Of a stretch of DNA of 64,000 nucleotides, positions 19,731-29,774 are shown piece by piece; within the stretch, counting starts at the first letter, position 1; each line of letters starts with the position of its first letter. A program made the position numbers and the translations under genes. The DNA is from an uncultured Chlamydiae bacterium (GTDB taxonomy: Bacteria > Chlamydiota > Chlamydiia > Chlamydiales > JAJFMA01). Where the stretch lies: NCBI GenBank assembly GCA_963713615.1, contig CAVQMM010000001.1, positions 864,001-928,000 on the forward strand, read 5' to 3'. Under the pieces are notes generated by a model that was not told the origin of the DNA, ran no database searches, and saw only the letters and a list, made by a program, of their open reading frames with translations.

Positions 19731-20579
19731 ATGCGCCTACTCTTTACCCTCTTTGCTCTTTTTCTTCCGCTTTGCTGTCCTGCTCAGCCGCAAATGATCG
19801 CTGCTCAATATTCTCTCGATGATATCATGGGCGCAGGAGACCAAAATGCGGCAGGTATCAATACTCTTAATGCGCAGCAATTAGCGAATCTAGAAGAGTG
19901 GATCAACCTCTGGACAGTCAAGACAATTAATCAGGTCCTGTTGATGGGTTGCAAATGCACAACTCAGGACTGCCTAACAGCCTTAGTAGGACGTATGCCC
20001 ACATCACAGATGTATGCACAGCAACAGGAGTCGCCACAGCAGCCAGCACCAGTTCAGGAGCAACGCTCTAATAACCCTTACGTAAACCAAGAGCAAGGTA
20101 ACTATAGTCTGCTTACCGAAAACTTACGTAATGGAGGACTACTTCGCCTCGACGATGGTTCTATGTGGCAAGTATCTCCAACAGATCAAACGCGAGCAGC
20201 CGCATGGCATCGTGCAGACCGCATTCAGGTGCAGCCAGGACAAAGCTATGGGCAATTTACTCTATTTAATCTAACCAGAAATAGTCAGGTAAATGCAGCC
20301 CGACCTGGAGAAGCCATACGACCAGGCAATCCATTCTTAGGCGATACCTTTCGCCAAACACATACTTTTAGTGTACGTCAGAACCTGAATGATGGGGAAG
20401 TGCTGATCTTAGATGATGGGAATGCCTATGTGGTAAGATTGCCGGATCGATACAAATATTCTAAATTTTGGGCCCCAGGTACCCCTGTTGTGGTGACACG
20501 CCAAGGCGGCTTATATCCCTATTCACTCAAAAACTCTCAGACGGGAAACTTTGTTCAAGCTGACCTGCAGCATCAATAA
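19731..20579 (+). CDS. Hypothetical exported protein with two repeated small beta domains
   Basis: Signal peptide, GAGGAG RBS; repeated LRLDDGSMWQV / LILDDGNAYVV units. Confidence 0.7.
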   Translation: MRLLFTLFALFLPLCCPAQPQMIAAQYSLDDIMGAGDQNAAGINTLNAQQLANLEEWINLWTVKTINQVLLMGCKCTTQDCLTALVGRMPTSQMYAQQQESPQQPAPVQEQRSNNPYVNQEQGNYSLLTENLRNGGLLRLDDGSMWQVSPTDQTRAAAWHRADRIQVQPGQSYGQFTLFNLTRNSQVNAARPGEAIRPGNPFLGDTFRQTHTFSVRQNLNDGEVLILDDGNAYVVRLPDRYKYSKFWAPGTPVVVTRQGGLYPYSLKNSQTGNFVQADLQHQ

Positions 20580-20787
20580 CGGTTCGTGTCGTTTTTAGGA
20601 GCAACACGGATGCACACGGATCTAGGAGGATTTAGGAGGATAGGATGGAAAAAACTAAATCACCATTCTAAAACGGTAAAAATGCTTTTAGGATGGAATG
20701 GATTAATATGAGTTCTATTCCTAAATCCTATCCTCCTAAATCCGTGTGCATCCGTGTTGCTCCTAAAAACGACACGCACTGTTGCTA
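20574..20787. repeat. Palindromic MITE-like repeat, family E (long copy)
   Basis: aacggttcgtgtcgtttttaggagcaacacggatgcacacggat ... atccgtgtgcatccgtgttgctcctaaaaacgacacgcactgttgcta; between convergent genes. Confidence 0.85.
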
Positions 20788-20818
20788 CACTTCTCACTCT
20801 CCAAAGAGCTGCGTATGA

Positions 20819-22768
20819 TTAGGCATCCACACCGAGGTCGTCCTGTTGGCGCACGGCCTCTTCCCATCGCGTCACACACTGGTGCAGTTGCGTTTCCAGA
20901 GTTTTCTTACGTTGTACTGCCTCACTAATGACTTGATCATCTTTGGAATAAAAGCCCTCAACACTCATTTCAGCTTCGAGCACTGCTAGATCCTTCTCGA
21001 GCTGCTCTGACTTTTTTTCAAGCGCCAAAACGTCTTTCTTAAGTTGATTGCGTCGATTGCGCAAGCGTCTACGTTCTTCGTGATCCATACCCCCCTTAGG
21101 GGTTCCTCGCTCTGTTTCACCTGAAGGCACTTGCAAAGCTCGTGTACTTGTCTCTCTGGAGAGATAGTCAACTTCATTGATCGCCAAATATTCAGCGTAG
21201 GTACCCCTGAAGTCCTTAATGCCATGAGGTTGAATCTCCAGAACCCTTCCGGCAAGCTTTTCAACAAAATAGGCGTTGTGACTGACGAATAGAATCGTCC
21301 CTGGGTATTCCTGTAAGGCAATGACCAACGATTCGATGGCTTCCATATCCAAGTGGTTAGTGGGTTCATCAAAGACGAGTACATTGTGCTTTTGCAGCAT
21401 CATTTTACTAAGAATAAGGCGCGCTTTTTCTCCACCACTAAGGGATGAGATCTTTTTTAGGGCATCATCACCACTAAACAGAGCACGTCCCAACACATCT
21501 CTTCTAGACTGTTCTGTCGAGTCAGAGACTACCAAAGCCAGCCAATCCACTAATGTGAGATCCCCCTGGAGCTGGCTATCGTGATCCTGAGAGAAATAAG
21601 CAAATGCTACAGCATGTCCCCAAGCAAACGATCCTGAGTCAGCATCTAAATCACCGACGAGTAGCTTCAGGAGTGTCGACTTACCAATACCGTTGGGACC
21701 GATGACAGCGATTTTTTCACCTCTTTCGACTTCAAAGGTGATATCATTCAGCACTTGACGGTCTCCATAGGATTTACACAGGCTGTGAACCTTTAAGGCA
21801 ATGACTCCTGAAGGGCGTACCAGGGTAAAATGAAGGTTTGGAGTGGAGCGAGAGCTAGGGCGGAGATCCAACTGCTCCATCTCTACTTCAAGCTTCTCGA
21901 TCATGCGCACACGTGACTGGGCTTGCTTTGCCTTAGATGCCTTGGCACCAAAGCGGTCTACAAAGCCTTGCATATCCTCTTTGCGCTTTTCGTGCTTGGA
22001 GAGCTGAGCTTCTTGAAGCTCACGCTGCAAGGCTTTGGCTTCGACAAATTTATCGTAATTGCCAGGATATAGCCTGATGTTTCCATAATCCACATCAGCG
22101 ATATCTGTGCAAACACTGTTTAGAAAACCGCGGTCATGAGAGCTAACCAGCACAGTGCCAGGAAATTGACATAAATACTGTTCTAACCACCGAATAGAGA
22201 CAATATCCAAGTGGTTGTTGGGTTCATCTAGTAACAACACATCAGGCGCTGAGAAGAGCAGCTGCGCCAATAAGACGCGAAGCTTAAATCCTCCAGACAA
22301 CGTGCTCATGGGCTGGTGATGAGTTTCTTGCCGAAGTCCCAAACCAACAAGCAGCCGCGATGCTTGGCTCTCGGCAGCATACCCCTGATGAAGCTGTAAC
22401 ACCTTCTCAACTTCAGCAAACTCGTTACAGTTGTCCTCAGTGAGAACCTCCATAGCGAGCAACTCCTCCTTGCGGTGAAGCGCCTTCCATAAGACTTCGT
22501 TACCACGCAGAACAGTATTGACAAGAGTCTCCTTGTCGTACAGGTAATGGTCCTGTTTTAATGCGGCTACACGGGTGTCTTTGGCTATTGAGACAGTCCC
22601 CGAATCGGAACTCTCATCACCCACCAGAATGCGCAGCAACGTGGTTTTACCCGTACCATTGGCTCCTACCAGGCCATATCGATGACCACGTAGGAGTTGA
22701 ATAGAGACACGGCGGAAGAGTGAACGTCCGCCGTAGGCTATGCTAAGATCCGAAATATTGATCATCAC
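20819..22768 (-). CDS. ABC-F family ATPase
   Basis: Two Walker A motifs (GANGTGKT, GPNGIGKS), two LSGG signatures, DEPNNHLD/DEPTNHLD, no TM segments, C-terminal coiled coil. Confidence 0.95.
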   Translation of the reverse strand: MMINISDLSIAYGGRSLFRRVSIQLLRGHRYGLVGANGTGKTTLLRILVGDESSDSGTVSIAKDTRVAALKQDHYLYDKETLVNTVLRGNEVLWKALHRKEELLAMEVLTEDNCNEFAEVEKVLQLHQGYAAESQASRLLVGLGLRQETHHQPMSTLSGGFKLRVLLAQLLFSAPDVLLLDEPNNHLDIVSIRWLEQYLCQFPGTVLVSSHDRGFLNSVCTDIADVDYGNIRLYPGNYDKFVEAKALQRELQEAQLSKHEKRKEDMQGFVDRFGAKASKAKQAQSRVRMIEKLEVEMEQLDLRPSSRSTPNLHFTLVRPSGVIALKVHSLCKSYGDRQVLNDITFEVERGEKIAVIGPNGIGKSTLLKLLVGDLDADSGSFAWGHAVAFAYFSQDHDSQLQGDLTLVDWLALVVSDSTEQSRRDVLGRALFSGDDALKKISSLSGGEKARLILSKMMLQKHNVLVFDEPTNHLDMEAIESLVIALQEYPGTILFVSHNAYFVEKLAGRVLEIQPHGIKDFRGTYAEYLAINEVDYLSRETSTRALQVPSGETERGTPKGGMDHEERRRLRNRRNQLKKDVLALEKKSEQLEKDLAVLEAEMSVEGFYSKDDQVISEAVQRKKTLETQLHQCVTRWEEAVRQQDDLGVDA

Positions 22769-22777
22769 TGAACCAAA

Positions 22778-23383
22778 TTATGAACCCTGCACGACTCTCG
22801 CTTCTTTAATGATCACAGGTTCAACTGGAACATTCTGATGCATGCCTTGGGTACTTGTAGGGACTTTGCGAATGGCATCAACAACATCCATGCCTTTCGT
22901 CACTTCTGCAAACACGCAATAGCCGTAGTCTGCACGCGTTTTGGCCCGATGATCTAAGAAAGAATTATCGACCACATTGATGAAGAATTGCGACGATGCA
23001 CTATCAACTTCGGATGTGCGAGCCATGCCTAGCGTCCCACGTTTGTTCAAGAGGCCGTTATCAGCTTCATTCTTGATTGTCGCATGTGTGGGCTTTTGCG
23101 CCATATCAGGAGTAAATCCACCGCCCTGAACCATAAAACCATCGATGACACGATGAAAGATGGTCCCGTTGTAAAAGCCTTCATTAACATACTGCAAAAA
23201 ATTGGCGACCGTCTTTGGGGCTTTGTCGGCGTACAATCTAATTGTGATATCACCCTTATTGGTACTTAACACAACAGTGGGATCCTTGGAAGCGGGAGCT
23301 TGCTCCGGTGTCTTGGGATCAGCAAAACAGGCTGATGCTATCAAGCATCCGCCAAGAGTCAGTAATAGAAATCCGTGCATCAT
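22778..23383 (-). CDS. ppiA: Exported cyclophilin-type peptidyl-prolyl isomerase
   Basis: FHRVIDGFMVQGG, MART, SQFFIN motifs; signal peptide. Confidence 0.93.
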   Translation of the reverse strand: MMHGFLLLTLGGCLIASACFADPKTPEQAPASKDPTVVLSTNKGDITIRLYADKAPKTVANFLQYVNEGFYNGTIFHRVIDGFMVQGGGFTPDMAQKPTHATIKNEADNGLLNKRGTLGMARTSEVDSASSQFFINVVDNSFLDHRAKTRADYGYCVFAEVTKGMDVVDAIRKVPTSTQGMHQNVPVEPVIIKEARVVQGS

Positions 23384-23578
23384 TGCTAAATTCCTCCTTA
23401 GCTAACGCGTGGTATAAACCAATGAAAAAGAGTATAGCTGGCATGTACTAAAATACCAAGGATATCGAAATCCAAAGCAATCGATCAAAACTCTTGGATG
23501 GACTAAAGGACGAAAAGGACATAAAACGCATAAAGAGGTAATTGCAGAAGTCCTTGCGACGCCGAAACAGCCATTAAA

Positions 23579-23808
23579 GCCCTCATAATCGTGTCTCGGC
23601 GCGAAGCGCTTGGAGTGCGGTCGCTCGCGACCGCTTCGGATTTGGGCGAAGTTGGCGTGACAGAAGCGTGACTTCCCGCTCTGGGGATACCTTGAGAGTC
23701 TGAGGCCTCCAAAGAACGGCGGGCGATTCAATAGGCTCGCCCAAACCCAAAGCGGTCGCGAGCGACCGCACTCCAAAGCGCTGCGCGCCGAGACACGATT
23801 CTGAGGGC
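23579..23808. repeat. REP doublet (REPIN-like), family A
   Basis: gccctcataatcg..ggagtgcggtcgctcgcgaccgc ... gcggtcgcgagcgaccgcactccaaagcgctgcgcgccgagacacgattctgagggc. Confidence 0.9.
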
Positions 23809-23846
23809 TTTATTAATCATCTGACATTTTGACGATGTGTATGCAG

Positions 23847-24050
23847 CTAAACTAAAATTTGCTCTTGTTGCGGTTCGAGGTCAAGCTGGATCTGATAGGG
23901 ATGGACATGAATAACTTGCTCATCGTGAGCAGTCTCCAATGAAAATTGACGTCCACACTCCAAACAGCGATGGTTTTGTTTGCCGTGTCGTGTGAAACCA
24001 TTTCGTTTAAAAGCTTTGGAACCACATTTTGGACAGCATTGTTCGGTCAT
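23847..24050 (-). CDS. Stand-alone IS1 InsA-like zinc-ribbon protein
   Basis: CPKCGS..KRNG..HGKQNHRCLECGRQF; GGAAGG RBS; no adjacent transposase catalytic domain. Confidence 0.65.
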   Translation of the reverse strand: MTEQCCPKCGSKAFKRNGFTRHGKQNHRCLECGRQFSLETAHDEQVIHVHPYQIQLDLEPQQEQILV

Positions 24051-24397
24051 TTTATTTCCTTCCAATCGAGTTTCGCGATGTCATATGGGGTTTGCGTGTT
24101 TAGGATCGGGTAGAATATACTAAAAATATTAAGGTTACAACCAAAAACTTACAAAAAGTTAAAAATGCCCTCACAGTATGTTTTGAGCATCTGAGGGTAA
24201 ATCATACCACACTCGGACACAAAGTTGGATTTGGGCCTGCTTGTGGTATACCACGCACGCGTTGTATAGATCGCATAGAAAGACCATCTTGATTCTAGCC
24301 TAGATGCAAACCGTTATGATATATATAGCACCGCGGGTAATTTTCATGCTGCAAAGAGCAGCAAACGCTATTAAATCCTAAGAAAAACCTAGGTAGT

Positions 24398-25501
24398 ATG
24401 CATCACACGCATGAAAGATGGATGAAATGTGCCCTGGACCTTGGGGAAAAAGCCCTGTTTCATTCTGCCCCTAATCCTTGGGTTGGGTGTGTTCTGGTCA
24501 AAGACTTTAAAGTCGTTGGAGAAGGCTTTACGCAGCCTCCTGGAGGCAATCATGCTGAAATCGAGGCTATCAAAAATTCTAATGGCAATGCCAAAGACGC
24601 TACGGCATATGTCACACTAGAGCCTTGCTGTCACCATGGCCGTACCCCTCCCTGTGTCGATGCGATCATTCGGGCTGGCATCTCCAGCGTTATCGTAGCT
24701 ACTGAAGATCCTGATCCACGAGTGAGTGGTCATGGCATCGCACAATTACGCGCGGCTGGTATCGTTGTCGAGGTAGGGGTCCTAGGCAAGGAAGCTCGGC
24801 AGTCTCTGGGCCCCTATATTCATCAACGCACCACGGGTCGAGCCTATTGTTTGGCAAAGGCAGCTGTAACCATAGATGGTCGCATGGCCGCCGCTGATGG
24901 CACTTCTCAATGGATTAGTGGTGAAAGTGCACGTGCGGACACGCATCGTCTGCGGGCAGAGTCCCAAGCAGTCATGGTAGGTATTGGAACAGCTATTAAA
25001 GATTGGCCTTCTCTGAACGTGCGCAATTTTCAATGCGAGACCTTAAGGCAGCCTCTAAGGGTAGTTTTGGACTCCCAAGGTCGTCTACCAGCGGAAGGTC
25101 CATTATTCGATACAAGCCTAGCATCGACGCTCATCTTCACCAGCGACCATTGTTCACCAGACGCTCTTGCCCGCTGGAAAGACGCTGGTGTGGAGGTTCA
25201 AGTGGTCCCTAGCATAGCTGATAGGCTGGATCTCAAGGAAGTTTTAACAGCTTTGGGGTCGCGAGGCATCCTTCAGGTGCTGGTGGAAGGAGGACCTACC
25301 CTATTGGGGTCACTATGGAAGCAGAGCCTCATTGATCAGCTTATTCTGTATATTGGTCCTCGAATTCTCGGAGATAAGGGACTACCATTGTTTGCTGGAC
25401 TCGATATTGCAAGCATTGCCCAGGCGCCTATTTTAACGCTAAGAGGTTCACAGGTACTGGGCGATACCATCCGAGCCGATTATAGCAAACGGTTCGTGTA
25501 A
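24398..25501 (+). CDS. ribD: Riboflavin biosynthesis deaminase/reductase
   Basis: PNPWVGC, HAE, TLEPCCHHGRTPPC, VLVEGG motifs. Confidence 0.96.
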   Translation: MHHTHERWMKCALDLGEKALFHSAPNPWVGCVLVKDFKVVGEGFTQPPGGNHAEIEAIKNSNGNAKDATAYVTLEPCCHHGRTPPCVDAIIRAGISSVIVATEDPDPRVSGHGIAQLRAAGIVVEVGVLGKEARQSLGPYIHQRTTGRAYCLAKAAVTIDGRMAAADGTSQWISGESARADTHRLRAESQAVMVGIGTAIKDWPSLNVRNFQCETLRQPLRVVLDSQGRLPAEGPLFDTSLASTLIFTSDHCSPDALARWKDAGVEVQVVPSIADRLDLKEVLTALGSRGILQVLVEGGPTLLGSLWKQSLIDQLILYIGPRILGDKGLPLFAGLDIASIAQAPILTLRGSQVLGDTIRADYSKRFV

Positions 25502-25509
25502 TTGTGATA

Positions 25510-25585
25510 CACAGCATAAGCCGTTATTCGCCCTACTTATGCTGTGTATTACACTTTTGGGTGGGTTATTCGCCCTACTTATGCT
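25510..25585. repeat. Short REP-like remnant with 21-bp direct repeat
   Basis: gttattcgccctacttatgct occurs twice; hairpin acacagcataag/cttatgctgtgt; between convergent genes. Confidence 0.55.
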
Positions 25586-25633
25586 TTGTACCACAACGGT
25601 GAGCTCTTCTTTACACGAATCGTTGCCGTTACA

Positions 25634-26824
25634 TTAATCAATCCAGAGCAGAAGGCTCTTCAGATAGTGGCCTTCAGGATGAAAGATGTTCTCAGGGTGA
25701 TCAGCAGCATAATGGTGCCTATCGATAATGCGGACACGGCGACCGGCTTCTGTGGAAGCTTGAAAGACGACCTTCTGAAAGAGATTGTCATCTACAAAAT
25801 GAGAGCAAGAGGATGTCAACAGTAATGACCCCTTAGGCATGCCTTTTATGGCTAGGCGATTGATATCCTTGTAGCCTCTGCAAGCTTTCACCACATCACT
25901 TCGTCGCTTTACGAATGCTGGAGGATCCAGGATGACCAGATCATAGTCCAAGCTACCCCGACGAAGATACTCAAAGACATCGGCAGCGATGAATTGCTGT
26001 TGATCAGCTTTAAACCCATTCAAGGTGATGTGTTCCTGAGCTAAATCGATAGCTTTGGAGGAGATGTCGACCGACGTCGTTTCTTTAGCACCACCGGCTA
26101 ATGCGGCAACAGAAAAGGCCCCTGAATAACTGAAACAGTTCAATACGCGTCTATCCTTCGCCAACGCACGCACCTGTTGGCGCATCTCTCGCTGATCCAG
26201 GAAGAATCCTGTTTTCTGCCCATCAACAAGGTCAGCAATATACTGGAGGCCGTTTTCACAAAACACAACTTTAGCTACAGGCGCTCCATGTAGCCATCGC
26301 TGAATAGGCTCCAGCCCTTCTTCCCCACGCGCTCCCATGGTCGATTTTTCAAGCACACTGGTGACACCTAATTCATTCACTAATTGGTTGATGATGTCTT
26401 CCTGCAATAGCGTCATACCCAGGGTCGACACCTGCACAACCAATACACTGTCGTAACGATCAACAATGATCCCAGGAAGAAAGTCTCCCTCTCCATTGAT
26501 AACGCGATAACCTGTCGTCTGAGAGCCATCAAGTAACCGATGACGTAATGCAACCGCTTTACCTACATTATCGGCAATGGCTGCTAACGGATCAGAAGGT
26601 CCAAAGCTGACCATACGCCCAGCTATCGAACATTTAGAGTTAAAATAACCCCAACCAAGTAGGCGATCGCTGGAGTCATGAACGGGACGAAGGTCTCCTG
26701 CAGCCTTTTCTAAGTCTGTGGCGATGGCGCCGGAAAAAATCCAGGGGTGTCCTTGACGGACAGCCTTGTCCTTACCTGGACGTAGAATGATGGGTACTGT
26801 CACCGCGCTAGCTCCTCCAGGCAC
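25634..26824 (-). CDS. rlmI: RlmI-like 23S rRNA m5C methyltransferase
   Basis: GHPWIFSGAI PUA start, GEGDFLPG, GQKTGFFLDQR, LNCFSYSG, DPPAF, catalytic SSCS, YLK. Confidence 0.88.
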   Translation of the reverse strand: MPGGASAVTVPIILRPGKDKAVRQGHPWIFSGAIATDLEKAAGDLRPVHDSSDRLLGWGYFNSKCSIAGRMVSFGPSDPLAAIADNVGKAVALRHRLLDGSQTTGYRVINGEGDFLPGIIVDRYDSVLVVQVSTLGMTLLQEDIINQLVNELGVTSVLEKSTMGARGEEGLEPIQRWLHGAPVAKVVFCENGLQYIADLVDGQKTGFFLDQREMRQQVRALAKDRRVLNCFSYSGAFSVAALAGGAKETTSVDISSKAIDLAQEHITLNGFKADQQQFIAADVFEYLRRGSLDYDLVILDPPAFVKRRSDVVKACRGYKDINRLAIKGMPKGSLLLTSSCSHFVDDNLFQKVVFQASTEAGRRVRIIDRHHYAADHPENIFHPEGHYLKSLLLWID

Positions 26825-27179
26825 CGATTAGCATGGATAGCCAACCGCCTAGAAGTAATAGACCCCCTATCGGGGTCAACATGCCCCAAGTTGTCAGCTG
26901 GGTAAAGGCCAATAGGTATAGGCTTCCGGAAAAAAACAGAGAGCCCGTGATGAACAGCCAGCCAGCCCCTAACATAAAGCCACTATGGAACGAACCCACA
27001 GCGATAGCAGCTGCGACGGCAGCCAGGGCGTGATACATCTGATAACGAACGCCCACCTCATAGAGCGATAACATCGCCGGTGCCAGACGATCTTTCAAAG
27101 CGTGCGATCCGAAAGCTCCTAGCGCTACTCCCAAAAAGGCAAGCAATGCAGCAGCAGCTAGAAGAGTTTTTTGAGGCAT
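26808..27179 (-). CDS. DUF423 (YgdD/TMEM256) membrane protein
   Basis: GAFGSH, YQMYHA, FSGSLY, TPIGG motifs; start set to ATG 27179 (GGAG RBS). Confidence 0.9.
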   Translation of the reverse strand: MPQKTLLAAAALLAFLGVALGAFGSHALKDRLAPAMLSLYEVGVRYQMYHALAAVAAAIAVGSFHSGFMLGAGWLFITGSLFFSGSLYLLAFTQLTTWGMLTPIGGLLLLGGWLSMLIGAWRS

Positions 27180-27248
27180 ATAGATCTCCTTAAAGTTGAA
27201 TAAAATAGTACCTAAAACGTACATTATCGTAAACTGCCTCCATGAGAT

Positions 27249-27821
27249 ATGCCAATGCCTATAGAACCCTACCTTCCCGATACAGCCTATCCCCTTCCAG
27301 AATCCCTGCATGCCTCCCGTTGTGTCTTTAAGGGACGACGCTTTGATGTGTGTTCCCTAGAGGTAAAGGTCGATGAAGCCCACTCAGTCCGACGCGAGGC
27401 CGTTGTGCACCCCGGATCGGTTGTTATCCTGCCGATTTTGGATCGCGAAACGATCCTCTTGATCCGTAACCAACGCTTTGCTGTAGGCGAGAGACTATGG
27501 GAGCTACCTGCTGGAACCTTAGAACCCCAAGAACCACCGCTCGAAACCGCTAAACGCGAGATTATTGAGGAAACCGGATATCGCGCTGATCAAGTTGATC
27601 CGTTGCTGACTTTTTACACTACGCCAGGCTTCTGCACAGAAAAAATGTATGCCTTTGTTGCCCAAGGATTGCACCTTATCGGGCAGAAGCTGGATGAAGG
27701 TGAAGATATTCTGGTAGAGACGGTCTCCTGGAAAAAAGCGTTAGCTATGATCGATGATGGTACTATTCGCGATGCTAAAACCCTCGTGACACTTCTGTAT
27801 TATAACAATCAAAAGCGCTAG
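27249..27821 (+). CDS. NUDIX hydrolase (ADP-ribose pyrophosphatase-like)
   Basis: ELPAGTLEPQEPPLETAKREIIEETGY Nudix box; HPGSV, TPGF and DAKT motifs. Confidence 0.92.
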   Translation: MPMPIEPYLPDTAYPLPESLHASRCVFKGRRFDVCSLEVKVDEAHSVRREAVVHPGSVVILPILDRETILLIRNQRFAVGERLWELPAGTLEPQEPPLETAKREIIEETGYRADQVDPLLTFYTTPGFCTEKMYAFVAQGLHLIGQKLDEGEDILVETVSWKKALAMIDDGTIRDAKTLVTLLYYNNQKR

Positions 27822-27926
27822 CTTTTAGTTATAATAGTCTTTTTTACGTTTGATATAATAAAGTTTTAATGTAAAATTTAGTTAGATAACGTAACTAAGC
27901 TCTCACGCGAGACAAAAGGGGGACCC

Positions 27927-28358
27927 ATGCGACCACACATGGATGATATTTCAACACTCCTGTGGTGTACAGATAGCGATCTCAAGGCATTCCGTGAAAA
28001 GGCTAGCAAGCCTGAGGAAAGAATTACCGATCAGGATCTTTCCAACGTCGTAGAGAATCTGATCAGACGTGAACATGCCCTAGAGCGAAGTCTGGCCAAG
28101 GAGTTGCATCAAAATCAAAAATACCGTATGCCTGAGAACTGGATACAGGACATTCAGGAGCAGATTGATTTCTTTCAAACCGACACTCAGGTGCGTGCCA
28201 AAGTTGAGGCGGTGGCTGGGCAGCAGGCAATATTCTATGGGCTGCTAAGCAGGATACACGAAGTGATTTTAAAGCCACACGAGGTGGTCATCAAAGCACC
28301 TAAGATTAAGCTTGATGTTTCCAAGACGGAAACAGATGACAGCCACTCTGGAGGCTAA
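27927..28358 (+). CDS. Hypothetical protein
   Basis: 143-aa helical ORF with AAGGGG RBS after an AT-rich intergenic region. Confidence 0.6.
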   Translation: MRPHMDDISTLLWCTDSDLKAFREKASKPEERITDQDLSNVVENLIRREHALERSLAKELHQNQKYRMPENWIQDIQEQIDFFQTDTQVRAKVEAVAGQQAIFYGLLSRIHEVILKPHEVVIKAPKIKLDVSKTETDDSHSGG

Positions 28359-28386
28359 CCATTCCTTTTAGGCAAGAGGTGAGTCT

Positions 28387-28899
28387 ATGCTAACGATAGC
28401 TGCAAAGTCTATTGCTTATATGATGGCATGTGGGGTCCTGTGTTTTGCTGACGGTGCCTATGCGATGACGGTTACTAGCAGTGACTTCGCTGAGGGAGCA
28501 TCTATTCCGATAAAATTTGGCTGTAAAGGAGATAATGTACCGCCAACACTGTCAGTCAAAGCCATACCCGCAAAAGCCGCCTCCTTAGCTCTGACTGTGG
28601 TAGATCCCGATGCACCTAGCGGACACTATGTTCATTGGGTCGTATGGAATATCCCAATCAATAAGGAGTTCTCTGAAGCACTCAAAGAGGGCATCCAAGG
28701 AATTAACGACGCTGGAGGCTTAGGCTACCACGGTCCATGCCCACCTGCTGGCCAAGCTCATCGCTATAACTTTCGCGTCTATGCCCTAGATACGGTGGTC
28801 AGCTTACCGGATACTTCGACACGCGAGCAGCTCGAAGGTGCTATTAAAGGGCATATCATCGATACAGCCGATTTGAATGGTACTTTTAGAGGCCAGTAG
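28387..28899 (+). CDS. YbhB/YbcL (PEBP) family protein
   Basis: DPDAP, HWVVWNI, GYHGPCPP, HRYNF.VYALD motifs. Confidence 0.93.
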   Translation: MLTIAAKSIAYMMACGVLCFADGAYAMTVTSSDFAEGASIPIKFGCKGDNVPPTLSVKAIPAKAASLALTVVDPDAPSGHYVHWVVWNIPINKEFSEALKEGIQGINDAGGLGYHGPCPPAGQAHRYNFRVYALDTVVSLPDTSTREQLEGAIKGHIIDTADLNGTFRGQ

Positions 28900-28982
28900 C
28901 GGGACAATCCTCAAGGCCCTTTCCTAGGCGTACGTAGCAAAAGTCCTTGAAATGAAAGAGTTCGGAAACGATAATTTGGGGC

Positions 28983-29774
28983 ATGAATCGAAGACCACCA
29001 CGCCGCGAGGCAAATACTTCCTGGGAGCCTGTCGAAGACTGGTACAAGAGCAGTGTCGGCAAAGAAGGTCACGTCTATCACCAGACAGTCGTCCTTCCTG
29101 GTATTCAACGCATCCTAAAGGCTCATGTGCCCAACTGCAAGTCTCTGCTAGACCTCGCATGCGGGCAAGGCGTCTTGGCGCGGCAGCTGCCTAAACAGAT
29201 GCGCTATACCGGGGTAGACATCTCCCCGAGCTTGATCGACTTTGCGCAAAAACATGATCAGAGCCGACAGCATCGCTACCTCGTTCATGACATCACAGAC
29301 CCCGCCTTAGATGTCGGACAAACACCATTCGACTGCGCTACCGTTGTATTAGCCCTGCAGAATGTGGAACATCCTCAAGCCGTTTTTGCCAATGCCTCCA
29401 AAGCATTGATGGATGATGGTCGTTTACTGCTGGTCCTCAACCACCCCTGTTTTCGCATTCCGCGTCAGACTTTTTGGGGTGTCGATGAACAAAAGAAATG
29501 CCGCTATCGACGGCTGGAGAGCTATCAGTCTCCGATGAAGATCCCCATCGCCATGGCCCCCTCTCAAGGCAAGGATTCTCCAGTGACCTGGTCCTTTCAT
29601 TATCCTTTATCCTCATATGCGCAGTGGCTTTGTTCCACAGGATTTGCTATAGAGACAATGGAAGAGTGGTGTTCTCCTAAAGAAAGCTACGGTAGGACCG
29701 CTAAAATGGAAAATCGTAGTCGTAAGGAATTCCCTCTCTTTCTGATGATCTTGGCGCGTAAACTGGCGAAGTAA
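28983..29774 (+). CDS. Class I SAM-dependent methyltransferase
   Basis: LLDLACGQG motif I, GVDIS, LNHPCF. Confidence 0.88.
   Translation: MNRRPPRREANTSWEPVEDWYKSSVGKEGHVYHQTVVLPGIQRILKAHVPNCKSLLDLACGQGVLARQLPKQMRYTGVDISPSLIDFAQKHDQSRQHRYLVHDITDPALDVGQTPFDCATVVLALQNVEHPQAVFANASKALMDDGRLLLVLNHPCFRIPRQTFWGVDEQKKCRYRRLESYQSPMKIPIAMAPSQGKDSPVTWSFHYPLSSYAQWLCSTGFAIETMEEWCSPKESYGRTAKMENRSRKEFPLFLMILARKLAK

Noticed and set aside
24066..24397. FMN riboswitch upstream of ribD
   Set aside because: No RFN consensus (AGGGCGGGGTGAAATTCCC-like) is visible, only short hairpins.
25523..25585. Mini-CRISPR from the 21-bp direct repeat
   Set aside because: Only two units are present, and the sequence resembles half of a GTAGGGCGAAT-type REP.
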